A DNA stretch of 59,235 nucleotides, the filler included, from Dirinaria sp. TL-2023a (lineage: Eukaryota): NCBI GenBank assembly GCA_051941275.1. It is 4 parts of 4 records of this genome, joined end to end, with 100 filler letters (N's around TTAATTAATTAA, not from the genome) between each part and the next. Parts side by side here need not be neighbours in the genome. Positions count along the whole stretch, not along the records: positions 29,680 to 44,409 come from JAVEBF010000588.1; positions 44,510 to 59,235 come from JAVEBF010000589.1; 2 more parts are not named here. The stretch is one strand, 5' to 3'. Every line of letters begins with the position of its first letter. Within the stretch, counting starts at the first letter, position 1. The notes beneath the pieces were generated by a model. It was not told the DNA's origin. It was given only the letters and a program-made list of their open reading frames with translations, and did not search any database. The position numbers were made by a program, and so were the translations under genes. This document shows positions 40,229-50,115 of this stretch, in pieces.

Positions 40229-42492
40229 AGCGTCTAGGGGATAATCATAACTTAAGAAAGACAAGAACAGAATCGGTAATACACTAGCAAAACTTCAATT
40301 AGAGTAAGCCCAATCTATAGCATTTTATGATTAAGCTGCAGTGTTATCAATAGTAACGGAAGCTACCTTGTTGTTCGGATTGCGGTGCAGCTCGCAGCCT
40401 CGTCACAGACCTTTCAATATGAAGAATCTAAGGATTTGTGAGCGTCGGGCTGGTCGGCCGATTCCGGCGTAGGATCAAATTGTCAAGTCGTGAATGTTCC
40501 TTGCGCAGGCTGCTCATCTACATGAGCCGGTATAACACTGCGTCAACCATAATAAACTTTGTAGATTCTAACCAAAGGCCGCATCACGTTTCAGCGAGCG
40601 AATGAGCAGGTAGAACCGAGCTATGTGATGATATTCTTCGGTATAGAATGCCAAAGATGAGGACTGCGGAGGTATTGAATGCTTGCCAAAAGTGAACAAC
40701 CAAAAAGTTTTCATGAGCTCAACTCGAAATCGATCTGCGGATCAGAACCAGTGCTGCTAGCGTCCGCTATTACCTTGATCAATTTTCAATGTACGGAAGG
40801 TAACACCATAGGTCGTGCCTAGTGCAACCTGCGCCAATAGGTCAGCCAACTGAAGATTACCCAGAAGACAGCTTAAGATCATCAACCTGTGACCATCAGA
40901 CGGCAACTGCAGTCACCTCGACGACCCGATCTTGGCATATATCGCGCTAACCAGGGCTTTCGGTACCTGACCTTACAATCCTAGGTCCCCTATGTCCGGG
41001 CTAGACTGCTTAGGTAAGCTGATACTAGATGCAATGAAGATTAAAACATCAGGCTGACGCTTAATGAAGCTTCAGGCTTGCTACCGCTGGAAAGAGAAGG
41101 AATATATCGGGCAACCACGAAGGTAGTAGATAGAACAATCTCGCTTTGACGCAATTTACTGGCTCCCAGTTCAGGAACAGGGCTCCTATCGTATATTCGA
41201 AACCATAAGTATTCGACCCGCCCAATAAGTTTGTTCAAGAATACTGCAACCTGGGACGCTGGTAGTGCATATGAAAGTCAAGTATATCTGGAGTAAGTCA
41301 CTGCAGGGGTACAAGCCTCGAGTGAATCAAATGGGGTTCCTTTGGTACTACTCCTCGAATCCTTAATACAGGAGCTGATCTGGAACAGATCTGAAAGATG
41401 AAGAGCGGCCTGACAAAGATCAGGCTAATCGCCGCGAGCTGCGCTAATATGTTGCAATCATCTGTTACAGACGGCAATTGTGAGAGAACCTCTGTTTGGT
41501 ATAATAAATTCACTCTTGGTATCGAGGTCTCATATGCCTGCCAAAATTCTTAAAGAGCCTTCACGCGCGTTCTCAACAATACCGAAGAGCCAACTTGCTG
41601 GTGGTGTCTGTTGAATATCTGACTCGGCCTCATAGCAGCCTTCACCCAAGGGGCACTGTGGTTCCCTGTCTCTCACACCTATTCCGAATGACTAGCAACC
41701 AAAACCTAAGGATCCTCTTGCCCGTGGGAGAGTATGGACCCTAAGTAGCATAGAACATTACCTTATGACTATGACTATTGTTCTTTGTGCTTATCTAAGC
41801 ATTTTCTTATAAGCTCTTTGCATTGTCGAAGTTTAGCTTAATGCTGATGTACCCTGACAACGGCGTTTGCTGCAAGTGTGCTGATGAAAGTCACTCTGTG
41901 ACATGTGTTGGTCGCAAGATTATCCACTTGCTTCAGGTTCACGGAAAGGCGTTGATGAACAGAGGCTTTGTTCACCTAGCGACAAAGGCTCCTGTCACAA
42001 CCGTTCAGCCATAATGTTGACCTCAACATTGGGGCTGTGATAAACAGTGATAAACAATGATGTGTCATTCATACGAGATGGGATAATGTTACCTCGGCAA
42101 GGCCTATTCCATCCTTGAGTATGACCTATTATCCAGACCCGCCATTATTCCTTTCTAAACTTCAGTTCCCTTCCCTCTCGCTTCGCGCTTGAAGAGCACT
42201 CGCCTCAACAATCTTTTGACATTCCCTGGTGGAAGAGAAACTACGTGTGCCCTGATCTGGCTGCCAGCTCCACTAGACATCATTACAGAAGCGAGGTTTC
42301 AGCCTTGACTCATCCCAGGAAACCAGTCTTATTGTCCGCGGTCCTACTCAAAGTCATTGTTTCAAGGGTGAACTTGGATGACGAACAAAGCTATTATCCC
42401 GTGAGTGAAATCCTTTCTGGAACATATAAAAGGAACATCGCTCCTCCTCCTCCCAGCTGGACCTTTCATCGTCTTCTCAACCAGCAGCAACC

Positions 42493-43908
42493 ATGAACAA
42501 CCATATCTATCAAACCATCGCAACCATAGATACCGCCAGTGACTCATCAGATGATGAATATATTGATTCCCCAACCTTTTCAAGTGGCACGGCCCTCCCT
42601 ACGGATACTGAGGACGGACTCTCAAGTGGTGACGAGGAGGTTATGGCAGGGGCTTCGCCTATGGATGTCGATCACTTTGACGAAGCCCTTGAAGACGTCG
42701 ACCAGCCTCCAACTGACACCGAGAACAAGCAAGAGTCCTGCAAGGACAACAAGCACGAAACCCCCTCGCGATGCGAGTTCATGAAAAAATGCAATACCGG
42801 CTCGCGTGATTATCGTAAGGTCGTCTCCCACGTTTTCGGTAGGAACAAGAAATGCACAACCCAGCTACCCGATGAATGTTGGATTGTTTACTGTCGAAAA
42901 CACTATCAGCGGACTCGTTATCGGACAACCAAAGCTCAGACCCAGTCCTACTTCAATGTTCAAATCGACCTAATTTCACGACAACTCACCCGAATGGAGG
43001 CCTGGGGGGGAGTCCTGAGCTGGTGTATCGCTCTGCGTAAGAAGGAGCAGGATGAAATCAAGCAGGAGAATGCACAGTTGGTTCAGCTTAGGGCTTCGGG
43101 AGGACTTGTAGACGATGCAGCAGTAAGGCGGATCCAAAAATGCCCGGATAGGTTCCTCCTCCGCCATGTCGGTACGAACAAAACTTTGACCCAGGTACGG
43201 CAGTGCCTCGAAGCCGTTCGACAAGAAGTTGAGCGTATTGGGGGCCACGAACTTCCTGGATTTGAGCTGCTGCCCAATATTGACCCTATTCAATATCCGC
43301 CGGCAGCAACCAAGAGGGCTGGCGATCGGAAGAGGAAGAAGCAAGAGGAAGATAACACTGAAGATGAGGGCGAAGAAAGCGATAAACACCGTCAGCATAG
43401 ACGCATATCACACCTTCAAGAACCAACACGATTCCGTACGCCAAATTCTCGAACCTTGTCTTCAAGTGCATCGCCTCTGAGTGCTCGTCACATATCAAGC
43501 CCGATTCCTAAGAAAGAGGGCGACAAGAGAAAATTGCACGTGGCCCAGGCAACGCCTCGCCAATCACCCCTCAAGACTGACAACGAGGTTGTTGAAGCTG
43601 AATCATCGACCGCAGCTTCAGCACGCGTGTATTCTCCACAAGCCATGATGCCTCGCAAGAAAGGCATAGCCTACCGCCTTCCAGCATCAAGGCCTACGGA
43701 GCAATCTCCTCGGCGATCTTCAGGATTCCACCCTATTAATGGAACCGCAAGAGAAGTTGCATACCGTCCCGCCACGCCGAAGACACCGCCTCGCGATTCG
43801 AGATCGTCGTCCGAAACTGCATCTGCCAACTTGACTCGTAACTCAGTCGCTCGTCGCCCCGCGAAACAAGTCCGTCTTGATGACCAGATGGATTTTGACG
43901 AATACTGA
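42493..43908 (+). CDS. Uncharacterised protein with Cys/His-rich domain ('ORP1-like' fungal family), 471 aa
   Basis: Single long ORF. CEFMKKCNTGS..RKVVSHVFGRNKKCT..WIVYCRKHYQRTRYR and LPGFELLP resemble fungal 'ORP1-like' proteins (from memory). NLS-like RKRKK, acidic N-terminus. Confidence 0.75.
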   Translation: MNNHIYQTIATIDTASDSSDDEYIDSPTFSSGTALPTDTEDGLSSGDEEVMAGASPMDVDHFDEALEDVDQPPTDTENKQESCKDNKHETPSRCEFMKKCNTGSRDYRKVVSHVFGRNKKCTTQLPDECWIVYCRKHYQRTRYRTTKAQTQSYFNVQIDLISRQLTRMEAWGGVLSWCIALRKKEQDEIKQENAQLVQLRASGGLVDDAAVRRIQKCPDRFLLRHVGTNKTLTQVRQCLEAVRQEVERIGGHELPGFELLPNIDPIQYPPAATKRAGDRKRKKQEEDNTEDEGEESDKHRQHRRISHLQEPTRFRTPNSRTLSSSASPLSARHISSPIPKKEGDKRKLHVAQATPRQSPLKTDNEVVEAESSTAASARVYSPQAMMPRKKGIAYRLPASRPTEQSPRRSSGFHPINGTAREVAYRPATPKTPPRDSRSSSETASANLTRNSVARRPAKQVRLDDQMDFDEY

Positions 43909-43957
43909 GTGGGTAGATGATGCTTTGCTCTCGAGGCTCTACTTTCCTTCCTTCAAG

Positions 43958-44079
43958 CCTGCCGTCAACACTTACATTGCATGCCGTTCAATAATCATGC
44001 ACATCGACACTCATTTTCCCTGTCGTCAACACTTACATTGCATGCCGCTTAATAATCATGCACCCCGACACTCGTTTTC
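43958..44079. repeat. Imperfect 61-bp tandem duplication in the 3' flank
   Basis: cctgccgtcaacacttacattgcatgccgttcaataatcatgcacatcgacactcattttc is repeated from 44019 as cctgtcgtcaacacttacattgcatgccgcttaataatcatgcaccccgacactcgttttc. Confidence 0.9.
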
Positions 44080-44409
44080 AGCTTGTTGCCTTTTTCTCTC
44101 AGATACCTCCCCTGCACGTCCTGTTTTGTGTAATTGTAACAGCATGCGTTTCCATCCAAGTCGAATTTAGCCGGAAAGGTGGGAGGAGAAGTGGTGGAGA
44201 GAGATACCCAAATACAAGGAACAATTTTAGAGGAAGGATCATTGTGTGCCTCTGAAAGAGTGATGTCTAATCAAGGAGTAGAACGAAGAAAGATTTAGTT
44301 CGAAGTTTGGATGGCGGGCGAGGGTGAGGGAAATGGGTCTCTTGCCCCCGTCCCCCGGTTTTTTTTAATTTTGTAATTTCTTGGGAGGTGGAGAGAGAGA
44401 GGGAGAAGA

Positions 44410-44509
44410 NNNNNNNNNNNNNNNNNNNNNNNNNNNNNNNNNNNNNNNNNNNNTTAATTAATTAANNNNNNNNNNNNNNNNNNNNNNNNNNNNNNNNNNN
44501 NNNNNNNNN
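44410..44509. other. Artificial contig linker N44-TTAATTAATTAA-N44
   Basis: Same 100-nt structure as the other two linkers. Confidence 0.98.
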
Positions 44510-44810
44510 CTACACTACATTACATTACATGACTTTATCATCCTCGCTCGATGGGCAGGGTAATGGTAATGGTTAGGTATCTAGGAGTAACGTTGCTAAG
44601 GTAAGGTAAGGTAGTAGTGACGGAGAGGAAGGAGTCTATATTTTCTATTCTATACTTTCGATCTGAACAGGTATGTGCCTGCGTGCCTGGCTTGAATCTG
44701 CGAGCACGAGGCACCCAACTAGCAGAAGAGAGGAAGTGATCAGTGAGAAGAAATCAAAACCACCCCTTCTCCCCCTTCCCGCCTTGCAAAAAGATATGGC
44801 TTACAATTCC

Positions 44811-46581
44811 CTACTTCTCCTTCTCCTTCTTCTCACTACTCTGCTCCTGCTCCTCCTTCTTCGCTACACTCTCCGTTTCTTTCTCCGCCTGCAGGGCTTC
44901 TGCCTCCTGATTTTCTCCGGCGGCCTTACTATTACTACCACCACCACTACTAGCGACCTTCGACTCCTCATCGATATTCTCATCGTCCTTCGGATTGCCC
45001 GAGGCACTTCCTCCGCTCTCCTCGCTCTGCTCATTCTCCTCCTCGATGAGCTCCTGCTGTTCCTTGAGGACCTCGAGGCGCTGCTTGTTCGTGGCCGCGC
45101 CCTCGGCATTATGCACCTCGAGCTCGATCTCGTGGAAGAGTTCTTCGGGGATGGAGCTCATGACCGCCTGGAGGGCGTCGATCTGGCTCGCGATCTCGCC
45201 GTCCTTGCCCTGCGTGTACAGGAACGCGTTGCTCATGACCAGCAGCGTCGACGGGATGCCGTACTTCAGCCGCAGGTCGAGCCACATCTGCAGATCGTCC
45301 CGCAGGCGCGCGGGCGACATGCCGTGCGTGCGCAACCCCCGCGACGCGGCCGCCATTTGCAGTTCGGGGACCGAGAGCGAGTCCACCCCCTCGAAGGAGA
45401 TGGCCCGGTCGTCGCGCTTGATTTGCCGCATCCGGTGCCGGATCTGGTACCGAAGCATCATGTCCGTGCCGAAGGCGTTCAGGTTCATGTATTTCGTCAT
45501 CCCCACCAGTTGCGGGCGCGACAGGTTGTCGAGGGTCAGGTCGTCTTTGAAGATCTTGCATACTTTGATCACGTCCGCCTGGCTCGGTGATTCGCCCGAC
45601 GCCCGCACTTTGCGGAAGAACTGCGTGAACTCCTCCTTCTGCGCGTTGACGGCTGATACGGGCAGGCCGGTTTCCTTCAGCGTGTTGCGCAGGAAACTGC
45701 TCACTTCCTTGCGCGTCGTGCGCAGATCTGTGGCTTTCTTGTCTTTGGATTTCTGCCCTTCGTATGTGCTCGGTAGTAGGTTGGGAAACACCTTCAGCGC
45801 CACCGGAAGTAGGAGTTCCGCAAAAGGGACAATGACGAATACCGAAAAGGGAACTAATCGGCCTAGGTCCTGCACCGTGCGCTGCAGTTGCCTGTTCTCA
45901 CGCCTGCTCAGCTCGTACCCAGCAGCCATCTTCAGTGCGAGCTTGGTGCTGATTTTGACCTCGGTCGCGAGGAGCTTGGTCCCGTCCCAGTAGTGCTGGG
46001 CCTCATGCTTGACTTTTTGCCACATGGTCATTTTCTTCTCTTCCTTCTTACTTTCGGCCGCGACAGCGGTTTCATCGGAGCGGACTGTGGCTGCTTTATC
46101 GGCCGCTAGCTCGGCCAAGCTCATGTCTTCCATAGCCTTGGTCTTCGGAGCGCCTGTGACGCCTGCAGTTGGAACGCCGGCTGTGGTTTGATTTTTCACT
46201 GAAGCTTTGGCGTCCTCTGAGACCTTCGGCGGTGGTTTGGGCTCCTCACGAGGAAGTGGCCTCTGTGCTTCCTCCGCGTTGAAGCCGGGAGGAGGAAAAT
46301 CTGCGCCTCCTCCCGTCGATGTTGGAGTCTCAGTCGCATATCCACGGTTTGGAAGAGGGATCGCTAGAGCCTGAAGTTGAGGGGGGAGGCCCCTCGCATG
46401 TCGACGGAGGAAGGCGGAATAGGCTGGTGACGATGGGAATTGTGTATGGAAAGGAATTACACCTTGACGTCGGTTCAGTAAGCCATTGCAGTAGGACTTA
46501 GATTGCTATTTGAGACGTACCGCCATTACGTATCAGCTGTCGTGTAGCTCCATTTCGAGCTATTCTCGACGAAGCACTCAT
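44811..46581 (-). CDS. MDM38: LETM1-family mitochondrial inner-membrane protein Mdm38/Ylh47; exons 46581-46521, 46462-44811 (570 aa)
   Basis: Arg-rich presequence ending RGYATE, WQKVKHEAQHYWDGTKLL, RLVPFSVFVIVPFAELLLPVALKVFPNLLPSTYE, FKDDLTLDNLSRPQL, WLDLRLKYGIPSTLL. Intron 46463-46520 has an AAG acceptor. Confidence 0.95.
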
Positions 46582-47179
46582 GATGATGTTGCCCTGATAC
46601 GGAGGCGGGCCACGGCCTGAGTGGCCCAGTCAGGGTTGAGGGGAAAGCGAAAAGTTGTGAGTAGGATGGGGCTCAGTAGCCTATCATGGATCCCATGTAC
46701 CACTATTAGATGAGGACTAGAGAGCAGGTGTGTCGTATTGAAGTCTGAAGTATCTGTCTGAACTAAACTGAAGCCTTCTGTTACGTCTAAGGCCCCCTCG
46801 GCCAGTAAGGGTTCTTCCGCCAAGACAGATGTCACGTTTTAAGGCTAGCGCGTATTCAGCGGAATCGTTTCTTTTTTATTCCGCTTCGGAATCCCGGTCA
46901 CGCCGGTCTCCGGAACTCAACTCTGGTCTAGAAAGTAAGATCTTACTAGCTCCAAGAAACAACCCCCAACCGTTTGGTCAACCGTTTCCTTCTCTTCTAC
47001 ACATGCTCTGGCTCAGTAGAGTGCTGTGCAGCTGATACACGCCATCCACCATGGACTTATAGTAGTTATCGTAGGAGCTTCGTGCTTCTTCGACTTCGGA
47101 GCTACAGCTCCGACTCCAGCCCTGCCATCCTCCCGCTTCAATCTCCCGCATAAGCTTGTATTGCTACTTGGAGACTAAG

Positions 47180-47951
47180 ATGGTCACTGTCGAACTCAAG
47201 CGTGCTGCACGTATCATTCTTGTCGGTGCTCCAGGTGTAGGCAAAGGAACGCAGGCTGAGCGCTTGATGAAGCGCTATCCGCAGCTCTCCGCTGTCAGCT
47301 CGGGGGATCTCTTGCGCGACAATGTGCGCAATAGGACGCCGCTTGGTATGTCCCCGCGCTCGACCAGTCGAAGGCCTAAAGCTGAAAGTGGCAGGTCTTG
47401 AGGCTGAAGGCGCCATGAAAGCCGGCAGCCTTGTCCCAGATGACATGATCCTGCGTCTGATTCTTGACTCTCTAAAGGCCAAACGCTGGGTACCTTCTAC
47501 ATCCTCCATCAGTGATAGCCAGCCGGCCGATCCCTCCCCATCCCCTTCAGCATCTTTCATCCTGGATGGCTATCCTCGGACCTCAGCGCAGGCTTCAAAG
47601 CTGGACTCGTTGATTCCCATCAATTTCGTGGTTTCCTTGATCACGCCCATCGAGATCATCTTGGGTCGTATAGCTGAGCGATGGGTCCATGCTCCGTCGG
47701 GCAGGGTCTACAATACCGGATTCAATGCGCCGAAGGTCGCAGGAAAGGATGACCTGACTGGGGAGCCTTTGACAAAGAGGGCTGATGATGATGAGGAGAC
47801 TTGGCGGGCGAGATTGAAGAAATTTGATGAGACGAGCGAGCCATTGCTGGAGCATTATGACAAAAAGGGCCTGCTTTGGACGGTAGAGGGCGATAGCAGC
47901 GATGAGATCAGCCCTAAATTGTATAGTGAGTTTGAGAGCAGGTTTTGCTGA
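47180..47951 (+). CDS. ADK2: Mitochondrial GTP:AMP phosphotransferase (adenylate kinase Adk2/AK3); exons 47180-47345, 47395-47951 (240 aa)
   Basis: GAPGVGKGTQ, SSGDLLR, LVPDDMI, FILDGYPR, LID domain RWVHAPSGRVYN..PKVAGKDDLTGEPLTKRADD. Confidence 0.93.
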
Positions 47952-48054
47952 CCGAGTTGCTACGAGCACAATGCTTACCAATGGGCAAATACCTTTTTGT
48001 CTCAAGAATTGGCCAGTGTGCAAAGTGCTGGAAGACACTGCTCATACCCAATGG

Positions 48055-49383
48055 CTACCACCCCCCCTGCTCTCCGTCATCTAAGCCAACTAGGACAATC
48101 TTTTTCTTCAACTCTTCTCTTCTTTTTTGAGACTTAGTTCGCCTGACTCGGTTGGTCTCAAAGCCTATTGCTTGTTCAATCTTTTCCGTTCCATTCTGTA
48201 GCTTCGACGCGAACCGCTGCGCTAGATTAGATTGCTTCGAGCCATCGATCTTGGATGCTTTGTTGCTTCTCGACGGACTTGAAGGACGACTCGTGGGCAG
48301 CGCAGAAGTGTCCTCTTCCTTCTGGCTTTCTTTCGGTCCAAAGGGAGACTTGATTTTCAGTTTGCTAGACTTCGAGGAGTTCAAATCCTTTTCTAACTCC
48401 CAAGCCTTAGGGCCCACTTTTTGGTACGGTGTGATTGGTATGGCTGGGCTATGCTGCTCACGCGGTGTCCTTGGCGAGCGCGTTTTGGGAGCGTTCTCTA
48501 AAGCCAATGCTGTAGTCTTGGGCGTTGTAGGCTTCGATTTGGGAGAAGGCACATAAATGCTGGCAAGAGTGTCGTACATATCATCAAGGCCGTGTTGAAT
48601 ACTCACACGTTCATGACTTGCTCCTGAGCTCACTCTGCTCTTAGATTTTTTTGAGCTTTGCGACAGATGCTGGCTGTCACTCGGCTCGGGTGTTCCGCGA
48701 TGGCTGGAGAACGCCTCCCGTGCTTTTTTGCGCAGTGTATCCCCAAGGCCACCGTGCAAACTACTCGAAGAAGAGTCGGAGGAGAATCGACTTGGGGGTT
48801 CATCAACTTCTTCAGTGGAATCGAATCTTAAGGGCGAGGGGACCAGCGAATGGTCAACCACATCGATTATCCTTGGCGACATGGGAGGTGCCTTGTCTCC
48901 CCTGGTTGGATAGTAAGGATCTGGTGCAATACTGCTAGGAAGTGTCGAAGAGCGAGCTGCCAAGAGTGATTCATAATCGTCGGCAAACTGTTTCGCGTCC
49001 ATCGGCTTGGTCCCAGCTTGTCTTTGCATATACGGCAAATCGTTCCGCTCCTTGGCTATCCATGATTCCTCCCCTACTGGTAGGGTTTGCTTCGGTTGCC
49101 TCTGTTCCACTGACGATTCCGAAAATGCGTGCGACAGCGGTGTATCTACTAGTTTCGGCCTCTGCGGTACAGCGTCAGGTATCCTCAAGGTGCTCGACCT
49201 GTAAGTTTTGGGCTCAAGGTACTCTGTTGGCGAATACTCGACTGTATTACTGCCACCATGTGTACCCCCGTTGTACGGCGGGTTCTCAGCGAACTGCGAC
49301 AGAGTATAGACACTTGATGATTTTCGCGGCGGCCGCGGAGGCAATGGTTTATGTTGTTCGGTGGGATCCTGCTGATCATTCAT
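48055..49383 (-). CDS. Hypothetical Ser/Pro-rich protein (~442 aa)
   Basis: Long ORF. First plausible ATG is MNDQQ, followed by KPLPPRPPRKSSSVY, LVPSPLRF, SPAIPITPYQKVG and a basic C-terminal RRTKSQKRREELKKKIVLVG. No recognisable family. Confidence 0.75.
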   Translation of the reverse strand: MNDQQDPTEQHKPLPPRPPRKSSSVYTLSQFAENPPYNGGTHGGSNTVEYSPTEYLEPKTYRSSTLRIPDAVPQRPKLVDTPLSHAFSESSVEQRQPKQTLPVGEESWIAKERNDLPYMQRQAGTKPMDAKQFADDYESLLAARSSTLPSSIAPDPYYPTRGDKAPPMSPRIIDVVDHSLVPSPLRFDSTEEVDEPPSRFSSDSSSSSLHGGLGDTLRKKAREAFSSHRGTPEPSDSQHLSQSSKKSKSRVSSGASHERVSIQHGLDDMYDTLASIYVPSPKSKPTTPKTTALALENAPKTRSPRTPREQHSPAIPITPYQKVGPKAWELEKDLNSSKSSKLKIKSPFGPKESQKEEDTSALPTSRPSSPSRSNKASKIDGSKQSNLAQRFASKLQNGTEKIEQAIGFETNRVRRTKSQKRREELKKKIVLVGLDDGEQGGW

Positions 49384-50115
49384 TTCGTCTATCTCGAGTT
49401 GGATCAAGTGGACAAGATCGTCCCAAAAGCTTGGAGACGCAGCGACGATACGTAAACTTGAGCTTGCACAAAGACGAGGAAATGTAGGTCGCGAGATGCT
49501 TCTCGCCACAAAGAGACCTTGGCCAGTGCCTTCCATGACAAAGGAATAAGGAGAAAACCCCACCTAGACTCTTCACCGCACGGGAACCATCTAAACAGCT
49601 ACTGTGAAGGAGACTGCTCCTGTTAAGTCCCGATACATGTGTAATCACAATCTGGATACATGTGCTGAGGAGAGACATGAAGTCCATCGCAAGCCGCACT
49701 CTTAGAGTGTGGAAGCTGGGCGGTACCCTGTGCAGTTAGCTTGAGAAGGCCCGGTCTACATTGAGGCATCTCAGGTCCCAAAATGGTATCAGTGTCGAAA
49801 AAGGGCTACTTAGATTTCCGGTGAACAATTGTGGCACCAGTCGTAGGAGATGAAGCTTTGAGGTGGGTGAGACGCCCTGGGCGGAGGTGGGCGCATGGCC
49901 GGAATCGGCTAGCGCATATCTCACTTCCTAAAAGGTGAGGACACCAATTTGGAAAAGTTTGCAAGCCCATTCTCGAACTAATTAGACACGTCTAAGAATA
50001 TAGTATGGCAATCGCAAATAAATTCCTTCGTCAGAAAGTCAAACGACCACCAAACATGCTTGCACCATCGTATATGTACAACTGTATACGTATCAATGAC
50101 TCGTCCTGGCCCACG

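Noticed and set aside
40900..41700. Short minus-strand ORF fragments between the helicase and the ORP1-like gene
   Set aside because: No consistent frame, splice model or recognisable motif.
44673..45993. Long plus-strand ORFs (305 and 332 aa) opposite MDM38
   Set aside because: Antisense shadows of a GC3-rich coding region, with no recognisable domain.
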